This document shows, one piece after another, positions 1 through 8,507 of a stretch of DNA of 18,697 nucleotides (positions within the stretch are counted from its first letter, which is position 1; each line of letters begins with the position of its first letter). Both the position numbers and the translations under genes were made by a program. Under the pieces are notes generated by a model. That model was not told the DNA's origin, ran no database searches, and saw only the letters and a list, made by a program, of their open reading frames with translations. Source of the stretch: a bacterium (GTDB lineage Bacteria; Hydrothermota; 32-111); NCBI GenBank assembly GCA_046484245.1, contig JAWOBN010000017.1, forward strand, positions 1-18,697, written 5' to 3'.

Positions 1-2406
1 GAGAGCGGGACCGGCGGCAATATTGCCCCTTCTGTCTCATCACTCTCGCATATACCCTCAACAGTTACTGTCAGTGACAGTGTGACTGTCAAGGCAACAA
101 TAATTGATGAATCCGGCATATCAGCAGATACATGCTTCTATGCTGTCGGAGCTTCAGGTTCATACTCATCTGTACAGAAGGATTCAGTGACCAGCAATGA
201 TTACTATTATTCCATAGGGGGTTTCTCCCTGAGTGACACTGTTTATTATTACGCAAAGGCAGTGGATGATTCATCTGCTTCAACTGTTTCAGACACCAAT
301 TCATTCATTGTGTATGATGAGATAACAGGTATAAATCTCAATGGTTATACAATTTACCAGTATGACTCATATCAATCATATACTTTCGGCGATATAACAC
401 TGCCTGACAATGGATATCTGATACTTGCCAGGGACATTGACAAACTGTCATTTGAATCCTATTACGGAGTAACTCTGGGCGGCAATGTGACATTCATTAA
501 TTCCGGAGGCAGTCTGCCGCAGGCAAATGGCGGCGAGACATATTCCCTGCATGCTTCAGGCGGCGCACCGGTTGATTCAACAACAGCTGTTATGTCATCA
601 GGCAATACATATGAGAGGGATTCAACCAATGTCAATACCTGGGCTGTGTCCTCGTGGACATCAGCCACACCGGGAAGCGGAGCAAATGGCGGTTATAATG
701 CAGGCATTGTCATCAATGAATATACTGACCCGGGTGACTATTTATATGAATACGCGGAACTGTACTATGACGGCAGCGGGTCTATCAACTGGCTGCCCCA
801 ATTTGCAGGCCACAACCGCACACCGGCATATCCCCAGCAGTCAGAGACAGTGATTGTCAATATTGATATTACGGATGATACAGGTATAATGGCTGACACA
901 TTATTCTATGCGGTCAATTATGGTGCGGACAATCCTGTGCAGAGTGATTCTATAAGCGGCAGTACATATTACTACACTATACCCGGATACAATAAAGATG
1001 ACATCATTGATTATTATATAATAGCAGTTGATGATTCATCTGCTTCTGCATACTCAGACACATTTGACTATACTGTCGGGACCACCAGTGCCCCGGGCAT
1101 GAAGGTGCTCTTTGATTTCTCCAAGGAGGAAACAGCAGGCAATGCTGACTGGATAATAGATACGGATTATCCCCATCCCTCACCTGCAAATCCCTCTTCA
1201 GAAACGGATTGGCTGGGCGGCATCTCATACTGGGGATTTGAACTGGACAGTTTCGGGTATGAATGCTGGACACTGCCACCGGGCAATACTATTTCCTATG
1301 ATGAATCATCCACTGATTCACTGGATCTGTCATACTTTGATGTATTCATAATACCCGAGCCCCAGAACCCTTTCACTGCATCCGAGAAACAGGCAATATT
1401 TGATTTTGTCCGCAATGGCGGCGGGCTCTTCATGGTTGCTGACCATGTCAGTTCTGACAGAAATAACAATGGCTGGGATTCACCGATGATATATGATGAC
1501 CTCCCCTCAGACAGTTTCGGCATATACTTCAGGCAGACAGGAGAAGGAGACAATTACTACAACCCCACATCCAGCAATTTCACAGGCCTTGATTCCATAT
1601 ACAATGGTCCATGGGGTGACTGTAATAATGAACCTACAGATGCAACACTCTATTTCCACGGCGGAACAGCAATAACTGTTTACAGTGACCCGGATGTGAT
1701 TCATATTGCCAAGGAAGACGGTAATGCGTCCAGGAGTCTACTTACTGCAGCGCGCTGGGGTGAAGGCAAGGTCATGGGCATGGGAGACAGTTCACCTGCT
1801 GATGACGGAACAGGGCAGTCAGGCAATACACTGTATGACGGGTGGACAGAAGGAGCAACCAGATATCTCATACTCAATGCCACATGGTGGCTCTCAGTGG
1901 GCAGTACAGGCAATACCGGTATCAATCAGACATTCTCTTCATTTGAAGTGGATAATAATACTGTGCGCATTAATATTTCCATTACTTCACCGCAGAGATA
2001 CTCCACTGTCAGACTCTACAGGAAGACCAAATCCCGGAGGAGATATGAATTCGCATCTTCACTTCAGGCAGATAATTCCATTGAATTCACTGACAATATT
2101 GAGGGTCTTGAAGGCAGGATAAGTTACAAGGTCACTGCTCTTGACAATAATGGCAATGAGGAGATGATTGATTTTATTTCTGTGAGTAATATCCAATCGG
2201 ACCTCAGACCGGTTAATTCACTGGTTTCGCATTCCATTGAACTGTCAGGCGGCGGCAACAGCCGGTACAGTATATACAGTCCGTCTGGCAGAATGCTCAC
2301 AAGCGGAACTGCCAAGCATAAAATTATTGATATAGACAGGCTCGGCACAGGACTGTATTTCCTTGAAATCAATAATCAGAGGTTTAAGATAATAAAGATA
2401 AAATGA
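1..2406 (+). CDS. Large secreted modular protein, 5'-truncated by the window edge: Ig-like repeat, lamin-tail-like domain, Ig-like repeat, probable class I glutamine-amidotransferase-like domain, and T9SS-type C-terminal sorting domain
   Basis: The frame is open from base 1 (ESGTGGNIAPSV...), so the GTG at 82 is probably not the true start. It has two similar ~95-aa beta-rich repeats ending AVDDSSAS, LTD motifs (LNGYTI, GYLIL, TPG..N, VINE, ELY), and a KVLFD..KEETAGNADWIID...FDVFIIPEPQNPF...GGGLFMVADH domain. The C-terminus YSIYSPSGRML...GLYFLEINNQRFKIIKIK resembles Por/T9SS sorting domains. Confidence 0.75.
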   Translation, partial: ESGTGGNIAPSVSSLSHIPSTVTVSDSVTVKATIIDESGISADTCFYAVGASGSYSSVQKDSVTSNDYYYSIGGFSLSDTVYYYAKAVDDSSASTVSDTNSFIVYDEITGINLNGYTIYQYDSYQSYTFGDITLPDNGYLILARDIDKLSFESYYGVTLGGNVTFINSGGSLPQANGGETYSLHASGGAPVDSTTAVMSSGNTYERDSTNVNTWAVSSWTSATPGSGANGGYNAGIVINEYTDPGDYLYEYAELYYDGSGSINWLPQFAGHNRTPAYPQQSETVIVNIDITDDTGIMADTLFYAVNYGADNPVQSDSISGSTYYYTIPGYNKDDIIDYYIIAVDDSSASAYSDTFDYTVGTTSAPGMKVLFDFSKEETAGNADWIIDTDYPHPSPANPSSETDWLGGISYWGFELDSFGYECWTLPPGNTISYDESSTDSLDLSYFDVFIIPEPQNPFTASEKQAIFDFVRNGGGLFMVADHVSSDRNNNGWDSPMIYDDLPSDSFGIYFRQTGEGDNYYNPTSSNFTGLDSIYNGPWGDCNNEPTDATLYFHGGTAITVYSDPDVIHIAKEDGNASRSLLTAARWGEGKVMGMGDSSPADDGTGQSGNTLYDGWTEGATRYLILNATWWLSVGSTGNTGINQTFSSFEVDNNTVRINISITSPQRYSTVRLYRKTKSRRRYEFASSLQADNSIEFTDNIEGLEGRISYKVTALDNNGNEEMIDFISVSNIQSDLRPVNSLVSHSIELSGGGNSRYSIYSPSGRMLTSGTAKHKIIDIDRLGTGLYFLEINNQRFKIIKIK
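19..1077 (+). repeat. Two diverged ~95-aa Ig-like domain repeats (approx. 19-312 and 787-1077)
   Basis: VTVKATIIDESGISADTCFYAV...YYYSIGG...YYYAKAVDDSSAS versus VIVNIDITDDTGIMADTLFYAV...YYYTIPG...DYYIIAVDDSSAS. The DNA identity gatgattcatctgcttc is present at ~265 and ~1030. Confidence 0.85.
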
Positions 2407-2858
2407 AGATGATAAAGAAGAACAAAAAGGCATATCATGATTTCAAGATAGAGGATGAATTTGAGGCAGGCATTGTTCTAAACGGCAATGAGGTGAAATC
2501 CCTGCGCAATCATGCATGTTCCATAAAGGAGGCATATGCCCGCATCAATCCCGAAACAAGGGAGATATGGATACACAACATGACAATAGACAGATACTCC
2601 CATTCAGCAGAAGAGGATTATAATCCCAACAGGAAACGTAAACTTCTTCTTCACAAACATCAGATAAAGAGATTGTATAAAAAAACTGAAGAGAGGGGTT
2701 ATACCCTTGTGCCCCTTGCACTGTACTTCAATGACAGGAATATTGTCAAGATGCTCCTGGGACTGGGCAAGGGCAAAACCAAATACGATAAAAGGGAATC
2801 CATAAAAAGGAGAGATTTTGAAAGAGAACAGGCGCGTTTACGCAAGAATATTCTTTAG
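2403..2858 (+). CDS. smpB: SsrA-binding protein SmpB
   Basis: NKKAYHDF, EAGIVLNGNEVKSLR, RKRKLLLHK and GKGKTKYDKRESIK motifs; 151 aa; ATGA overlap with the upstream gene. Confidence 0.98.
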   Translation: MKMIKKNKKAYHDFKIEDEFEAGIVLNGNEVKSLRNHACSIKEAYARINPETREIWIHNMTIDRYSHSAEEDYNPNRKRKLLLHKHQIKRLYKKTEERGYTLVPLALYFNDRNIVKMLLGLGKGKTKYDKRESIKRRDFEREQARLRKNIL

Positions 2859-4251
2859 CATATTGGTACTGACACTGCTTACTGTTCCCATTGCTGCAGA
2901 GCAGTACTATACATGCACTGTCAACACCAATACTGATTCACTTATTATATACAGGCAAAATGATGTTGACTACATAGATCTCAGTATTTTCACTGCATTG
3001 ATAGGCGCTGATGTCAATTACAAGAACATTCAGGAAGAGGTAAGAATAGAGACAGGCCGCAATTATGTTATACTGAGCCTCAAGAGCCCTTTCTACAGGT
3101 CAAAGGGCAATGTGCTTAAAATGAAACATACCCCCCTTCTACATGACGGATTGATACTCTTTCCCGTCAGTTCACTGGAACATGTATTCAAACCCCTGCT
3201 TCCGGAGAATGCTGATTTCAGCAGCGGCAATCTCACACTGGCTGCATCCATTGAACTGCGCAAGATTGAAGCGAGCAGAGAGTATATTGACCTGACATTC
3301 TCATCACAGCCTGATTATGAATCCGAGATCACAACGCGGGATATTATTCTATTTGTCAAGAACTGCACAATTGACACCAAGAAATTCAAGAGAAAGAACA
3401 ATAACAGCATCATCAGGGTGATTGAGGCAATCAATGACAAGAAAGAGGCAACACTGATACTGACACTTGAACCTGTGCTTGCAGTCAAATACATTGAGAA
3501 GAGGAATAATATACTGAGGATATACCTCAAGAAGAGGGAGTCACAGGCAACAAACAAGAATTCACTGAAGCTCAATACTGTTATTATTGATGCAGGTCAC
3601 GGGGGCAGGGACCCCGGGGCATTGGGGCCTACCGGTCTCAAGGAAAAGACAATGAATCTTGATATTGCCATCCGCCTGAAGAAATTGATTGAGGCAAATC
3701 ACAAGAACATCAAGGTTGTTATGACAAGAACAGATGACAGATATGTCTCACTGCAGGAAAGAACAATGCTTGCCAATAAATACCCCAATGCTGTATTCGT
3801 ATCCATTCACTGCAATGCATCACTCAACAGAAAGGCAAGGGGTGCGGAAACATATTTTCTTTCCCCTGCGAAAACAGACTGGGCAAGAGCAGTGGAAGCA
3901 AGGGAAAACGCATCTCTGGCATTTGACCTTCCCGAGGAGGAGAAAGAGGGCCTTGATTTCATACTGTGGGACATGGCTCAGAATGAGTTCCTCTCAGAAT
4001 CAAGCCGTCTGGCTGAACTGATTCAGGAGGAATTTGAGAGTAACTGTAAATACCCGCGGGGTCTCAATCAGGCAGGATTTTATGTACTCAAGGGTAATTA
4101 TATGCCTGCTGTCCTTGTTGAAACAGCATTCATATCCAATAATGAAGAAGAAAAAGACCTCAAGAAACCGGATTTCAGAAAGAAGCTGGCAAAGAATATA
4201 TATAATGGTTTGAGGGGATTCATTGATGAATACTCCCAGAAAAGCAAATAA
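2818..4251 (+). CDS. N-acetylmuramoyl-L-alanine amidase (Amidase_3, AmiA/B/C-like) with signal peptide and N-terminal accessory domains
   Basis: IDAGHGGRDPGA, EK, SIHCNA and AVLVETAFISN zinc/catalytic motifs, plus an ARENAS helix. The N-terminus is a basic then hydrophobic signal peptide. AGGAGA lies upstream of the TTG start. Confidence 0.95.
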   Translation: MKENRRVYARIFFSILVLTLLTVPIAAEQYYTCTVNTNTDSLIIYRQNDVDYIDLSIFTALIGADVNYKNIQEEVRIETGRNYVILSLKSPFYRSKGNVLKMKHTPLLHDGLILFPVSSLEHVFKPLLPENADFSSGNLTLAASIELRKIEASREYIDLTFSSQPDYESEITTRDIILFVKNCTIDTKKFKRKNNNSIIRVIEAINDKKEATLILTLEPVLAVKYIEKRNNILRIYLKKRESQATNKNSLKLNTVIIDAGHGGRDPGALGPTGLKEKTMNLDIAIRLKKLIEANHKNIKVVMTRTDDRYVSLQERTMLANKYPNAVFVSIHCNASLNRKARGAETYFLSPAKTDWARAVEARENASLAFDLPEEEKEGLDFILWDMAQNEFLSESSRLAELIQEEFESNCKYPRGLNQAGFYVLKGNYMPAVLVETAFISNNEEEKDLKKPDFRKKLAKNIYNGLRGFIDEYSQKSK

Positions 4252-5050
4252 TCTGCCCATAGGCGTCTTTGACAGCGGTGTCGGAGGACTCACTGTTGTC
4301 AGAGAGATAATCAGACAGCTTCCCGGTGAGGATATCATCTATTTCGGCGATACGGCGAGAGTGCCGTACGGCAGCAAATCACCGGATACAATCAGGCATT
4401 TTGCAATGCAGAACAGCAGATTTCTGGCAGATGAACAGGTCAAACTCATTGTTGTTGCCTGTAATACTGTATCATCCAATGCAATGGACCTGCTGAGGAG
4501 GAATTTCACTTTGCCCTTCATTGATGTACTTGCCCCCAATGCCGAAATTGCAGCCAGGACAACCAAAAACAACAGAATAGGCATTATAGGGACACATGCC
4601 ACAATAGAATCCGGTTCCTATGAGAGGGTGATCAGTAAACTGAACAGCAATGCCCGGATATTCACTCAGCCGGCACCTCTGCTTGTCCCTCTTGCAGAAG
4701 AGGGCTGGACAGAACACAGGGCTGCTCAACTGATAATCAATGAATACCTCAGTCCGCTTATTGAAAGCGGCATTGACACATTGATACTGGGATGCACGCA
4801 TTATCCGCTCTTTGAAGGTCTTATCAGGGATATCTGCGGGAATGATATTACTGTCATCAATTCTTCAAGGCATACTGCAGGGAAAGTGGCGGATAATCTG
4901 AAGAATGAGAATAATCTCTCAGGAAATAAAAAAGGGGACATCACTTTCTGTCTCAGTGATATCCCCAGGAATTTTTATGATATTGCCGAGAGGTTCCTGA
5001 TGCATAAGATCAGCAAACCGGTAAGGCATATCAATATTGAGGCTTTTTAA
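4226..5050 (+). CDS. murI: Glutamate racemase
   Basis: PIGVFDSGVGGLTV, DTARVPYG, VACNT and LGCTHYP motifs with both catalytic Cys. GAGGGG RBS lies 8 nt before ATG 4226 (alternative TTG at 4223). Confidence 0.98.
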   Translation: MNTPRKANNLPIGVFDSGVGGLTVVREIIRQLPGEDIIYFGDTARVPYGSKSPDTIRHFAMQNSRFLADEQVKLIVVACNTVSSNAMDLLRRNFTLPFIDVLAPNAEIAARTTKNNRIGIIGTHATIESGSYERVISKLNSNARIFTQPAPLLVPLAEEGWTEHRAAQLIINEYLSPLIESGIDTLILGCTHYPLFEGLIRDICGNDITVINSSRHTAGKVADNLKNENNLSGNKKGDITFCLSDIPRNFYDIAERFLMHKISKPVRHINIEAF

Positions 5051-5640
5051 TCAATAGCTGTCTTCTGACCCTTTACAAAGTAAATCTCAATTTTCTTGGA
5101 TGTCTCATCCTCAAGTCTCACAGGCATTGAATCCTTGTCAAATGCAATAACTGTGTAGCGCGTTACAGACATATCAAGATTCTCCAGCACTTTCTTTTCA
5201 TCCCTTGTCAGTTCTTCCTTAGCCTTCAGTTCATCATAAGTGGGTCTCTCTGCCTGGAATAATCCTATGGCAAATGTGCCCGGTGCACCCCTCTGCTGAC
5301 CGTGTCTGGATGAGAGTGTATTGTCATTGATCTCAAGTGTGTTCCTCAGTATATATGTATATGCATCATCCGGTGAATACTCTTCGCCTGTGAACGGGTT
5401 CGTAACATTGAATTCATTGAGATAATTCATCATCTTCTGATTGACACTGTCCGGCAGTTCGCCTGTTTTATCCAGTGTTGCATTCTTCTCATATGCTGCT
5501 CTCATTGCATACATATTTGATATGACACTGTATTTATTGTTCATATCCCTATTCTGGACATAACCGGGATAAATAAGAATATAAAGCAGTACTGCGAGTG
5601 CTATGACGATCCCTATCTCAAGAAACGGAAACTTTTTCAT
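5047..5640 (-). CDS. Type IV pilin/pseudopilin-like protein with atypical leader
   Basis: The N-terminus MKK-FPFLEIGIVIALAVLLYILIYPGY has F+1, E+5, a hydrophobic helix and Pro+22. It continues into an amphipathic helix (SVISNMYAMRAAYE). AAGGAG RBS is present. Confidence 0.6.
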   Translation of the reverse strand: MKKFPFLEIGIVIALAVLLYILIYPGYVQNRDMNNKYSVISNMYAMRAAYEKNATLDKTGELPDSVNQKMMNYLNEFNVTNPFTGEEYSPDDAYTYILRNTLEINDNTLSSRHGQQRGAPGTFAIGLFQAERPTYDELKAKEELTRDEKKVLENLDMSVTRYTVIAFDKDSMPVRLEDETSKKIEIYFVKGQKTAID

Positions 5641-5674
5641 ATTGACGCTCCTTATTTATTTTTTTATTTATATG

Positions 5675-5702
5675 ATTATAGTTAAACAGCTATCGGTGTC
5701 AA
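5675..5702 (-). promoter_or_regulatory. Sigma70-type promoter for the pilin-like gene: TTGACA-N16-TATAAT
   Basis: Minus strand reads TTGACA (5702-5697) ccgatagctgtttaac TATAAT (5680-5675) in the 79-bp intergenic gap. RBS AAGGAG is at 5653-5648. Confidence 0.85.
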
Positions 5703-5719
5703 GAAGTTTTCAGATATCA

Positions 5720-6847
5720 CTATTCAAATACAATATCAAGTATCTCTATTTTCATACTGTCTATCATTGCAGAAATTGTTTTGCCTGAACCATTGACGAG
5801 CAGTATATATGTCACATTTTTTTCAGGGAAACAGTACATCTCGGCATTGTATCCGTACATGCTCCCGCTGTGGCCTGCAGCAGTGCCGTAATCTGTTTTT
5901 GTGAATGCAAGTCCCAGTCCGTACTCATCCCCGCTGTCACCTGTGTCAGTCCTCTCAGTCATCAGATCCAGTGTATTCTGCTCCAGTATATCCCCGTTAA
6001 ACAGTGCACTGAGAAAAACCGCCATGTCATCTGCTGTTGAGATAATCCCCCCGTCAGGTGTCATATGCCCCATTGTAAATTCCGTTGCATCGCATATCTC
6101 TCCATTCCCGTACATATCACAGTATCCGCGCGCAAGGCCTTCAGGCATTGTTCTGTTGTCATAATAATATGTATTGTCCAGATTGAAGGGGCTTATTATT
6201 CTGCTGTAAAGCATATCAGCAAAGGGGTGACCTGTTACTGTCTCTACAATAAGACCCAGAATAATATAATTGGTATTGGAATAGTGAAAACCGGTGCCCG
6301 GTTCAAAATAGGCATCCTCTTGAGCAATGAATTCCAGTGCATCACCGTATGTCCAGACCCTGTCCATGTCATTGAGCATTGTAAGGCCGAACATTGAGGT
6401 CTCTGTATAGTTGAAAATCCCGCTTGTATGATTCAATATCTGTTTTACTGTTGCTTCACTGAGATTATCAACAGAATTGACCAGTGTATCACTCAGATAA
6501 ACAGATGCCTTTGACTCAATGTCTATCTCTCCCCTTTCATGCATACCAAGGATCAGTGCTGCTGTATATGTCTTTGTAATACTGCCTATCCTCATCCTCT
6601 GCTCATATGTCATTATCTTGCCGGCGGCAATATCGCTGTAGCCGGATGCATAGGCAAATTCCCCGCCTGTACTGTCACTGATATACAGTATTACACCGGG
6701 AAGCCCCCTGTCCGTATATGACTGTATGATAGAGATCAATGTATCGGCTCTCACATGCCCGGCAGTATCAAGGGGCATTTGAGTATCAATGGAGCATGAA
6801 AGAGCCAAGATAAGCATTACTGCAGATAACAATAGAGTTCTTTTCAT
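5720..6847 (-). CDS. Serine hydrolase lipoprotein, beta-lactamase/D-Ala-D-Ala carboxypeptidase (class C-like, peptidase S12) family
   Basis: SxxK (GSITK), LNHTSGI, YxN (YSNTNY) and HSG motifs; lipobox LALSC. Confidence 0.92.
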   Translation of the reverse strand: MKRTLLLSAVMLILALSCSIDTQMPLDTAGHVRADTLISIIQSYTDRGLPGVILYISDSTGGEFAYASGYSDIAAGKIMTYEQRMRIGSITKTYTAALILGMHERGEIDIESKASVYLSDTLVNSVDNLSEATVKQILNHTSGIFNYTETSMFGLTMLNDMDRVWTYGDALEFIAQEDAYFEPGTGFHYSNTNYIILGLIVETVTGHPFADMLYSRIISPFNLDNTYYYDNRTMPEGLARGYCDMYGNGEICDATEFTMGHMTPDGGIISTADDMAVFLSALFNGDILEQNTLDLMTERTDTGDSGDEYGLGLAFTKTDYGTAAGHSGSMYGYNAEMYCFPEKNVTYILLVNGSGKTISAMIDSMKIEILDIVFE

Positions 6848-7452
6848 CAGTCACCCCCATTGAATCTGAATGACATGCCCAGTCTGATACTTGTATGGGG
6901 GAGCATGGGAATGCCGTCTTCAGGCATATACGGGTACTCCATGAAATAAGAGGTGCCTGCATATATGCGCATAGGCATTATATCCTTTTCACTGAGGTCA
7001 TATCCCAGTGTAAAACCGGTCAGTATTATCAGATTGGGTCTGCCCCAGTCAATTATCCGCGTGAATTCACCATTATCATCAATCTCATACAGTGCATCTG
7101 TATAGAATTCATGAAGGTATCCTATACCGCCTGATACATCAGCGAATATCCCCGGAGGGGTGGTGTATCTCAGTCCTGTCTGAGTTGAGAGTAAATAGGC
7201 ATTGTGCAGGTATTCATGATAGTAATAGCCGATATCCAGTTTTTGAAAGAAAAGCCATCTGCCGCTGTTTATGGGGTATTCAATGCCTGCAATGACACCG
7301 GGGTGGAAAACATCATGAGCAAATCCCTCCGGTGAAGGTATTGAAACCGCTTCATTGATACCCTCAATGTATATATCCGATTTGTCCGGAATACTGCCCT
7401 GTATTGCCAGGCATACTGCTGTAAGCAGTAAAACAAAATTAATCCTCTTCAT
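6847..7452 (-). CDS. Exported hypothetical protein, probable small outer-membrane beta-barrel
   Basis: Start reassigned to ATG 7452 (MKRINF..., signal peptide, GGAG/AGGA upstream). It has alternating amphipathic beta strands (LDIGYYY, TGLRY, GGIGYLH, FTLGYD) and a near-terminal RLGMSFRF. Confidence 0.6.
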   Translation of the reverse strand: MKRINFVLLLTAVCLAIQGSIPDKSDIYIEGINEAVSIPSPEGFAHDVFHPGVIAGIEYPINSGRWLFFQKLDIGYYYHEYLHNAYLLSTQTGLRYTTPPGIFADVSGGIGYLHEFYTDALYEIDDNGEFTRIIDWGRPNLIILTGFTLGYDLSEKDIMPMRIYAGTSYFMEYPYMPEDGIPMLPHTSIRLGMSFRFNGGD

Positions 7453-7453
7453 A

Positions 7454-7918
7454 TCATTCCTGCTCCATATCATTGATATTGAGGACCTCCACACCTGCCT
7501 GCTCTAAAATCTCCTCTGCCAGTCTGTCCGGATATCCCTCATCCATGATTATCCTCTTTATACCTGCATTGATTATCATCTTGGCGCATATAAAGCACGG
7601 CTGTGTTGTTATGTACATCTCGGCTCCTTCAACAGTTATACCCATTTTTGCTGCCTGTATTATTGCATTCTGTTCAGCATGAACAGCCCTGCATATCTCA
7701 TGTCTCTGGCCGGACGGTATCTTCATCCTCTGCCTGAGGCATCCGCCCAGTTCATCACAATGCGGCACACCCCTGGGAGGCCCGTTGTATCCTGTTGAGA
7801 GTATATGCCTGTCCTTGACAATAATCGCCCCCACCTCTCTCCTGAGGCATGTGGAGCGTGTTGCAACAAGCCGCGTTATATCCATGAAATACCTGGGCCA
7901 TGACGGTCTTTTAGTCAC
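7454..7918 (-). CDS. dCMP deaminase / ComEB family cytidine-deoxycytidylate deaminase
   Basis: RPSW..YFM, RSTCLRR.VGA, TGYNG, HAEQNAI and PCFIC zinc motifs. Confidence 0.95.
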   Translation of the reverse strand: MTKRPSWPRYFMDITRLVATRSTCLRREVGAIIVKDRHILSTGYNGPPRGVPHCDELGGCLRQRMKIPSGQRHEICRAVHAEQNAIIQAAKMGITVEGAEMYITTQPCFICAKMIINAGIKRIIMDEGYPDRLAEEILEQAGVEVLNINDMEQE

Positions 7919-8507
7919 TGTTACTCCCCTGTGATTTTATTACTCTATAGAGATTCATTTCACTCTGAGTCATCTGCATTGTGTCAATCTCAATGCCCTT
8001 CAGTGCTGTTATTTCAATATAATTGACTCTGCCTGATTGGCCTGACTTCATGTCAAACGGCAATTCATCCATATCAAGAGCGAGAACTGACAGTGTATTG
8101 AGATAATGGTCCAGCACACTGTTCCTGTGATCATATAATCCTGTCAATGTCTCTTTTACTTCATGGGAAATATTGCTGCCTGTAATGAGCCTGCTGTATA
8201 TATATTTGACTGCTTCTATCTTCACTGCAATTGAACTGTCTTGAAGCAGTTTATTAACTAATCCGTTGTTAATTGGTCTATTCAGGTGATTTAAGCTTCT
8301 AATTAAAATGATTTTATCATATGTCCCACCTGCCATCAGACTGCTGCAGACAGAGAGATTGAGTGCTCCGCGAAACGGAACTTGAGGAATACTCACTGCC
8401 TCAAGTATATTGACTATGCCTGTCTGACTGTAAGCAGAAGCACCAGCAGGCATCAGTGCGATGCATGAAATTATAATGAGTAAAACGGTCTTCTTAATCA
8501 TTTGCAT
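7911..8507 (-). CDS. Exported hypothetical protein, alpha-helical, possibly HEAT-like
   Basis: It has a signal peptide and the HEAT-like segment [21 protein letters not shown], and overlaps both neighbours. The start could be 8501. Confidence 0.55.
   Translation of the reverse strand: MQMIKKTVLLIIISCIALMPAGASAYSQTGIVNILEAVSIPQVPFRGALNLSVCSSLMAGGTYDKIILIRSLNHLNRPINNGLVNKLLQDSSIAVKIEAVKYIYSRLITGSNISHEVKETLTGLYDHRNSVLDHYLNTLSVLALDMDELPFDMKSGQSGRVNYIEITALKGIEIDTMQMTQSEMNLYRVIKSQGSNSD

Noticed and set aside
2403..2858. tmRNA (ssrA) or an ssrA-targeted island next to smpB
   Set aside because: smpB overlaps coding genes on both sides, leaving no room, and no tRNA-like ends are seen.
5720..6847. 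Calling the serine hydrolase a true AmpC beta-lactamase resistance gene
   Set aside because: The third motif is HSG rather than KTG and the family is functionally broad. Activity cannot be assigned from sequence.
7453..7494. Longer start (MWRSS...) for the barrel gene
   Set aside because: It overlaps the deaminase. ATG 7452 gives a clean signal peptide and RBS.
7454..7918. Deaminase as an anti-phage dCTP deaminase
   Set aside because: It is a short stand-alone ComEB/dCMP-deaminase type without the kinase-like domain of defence enzymes, and lies in a housekeeping context.
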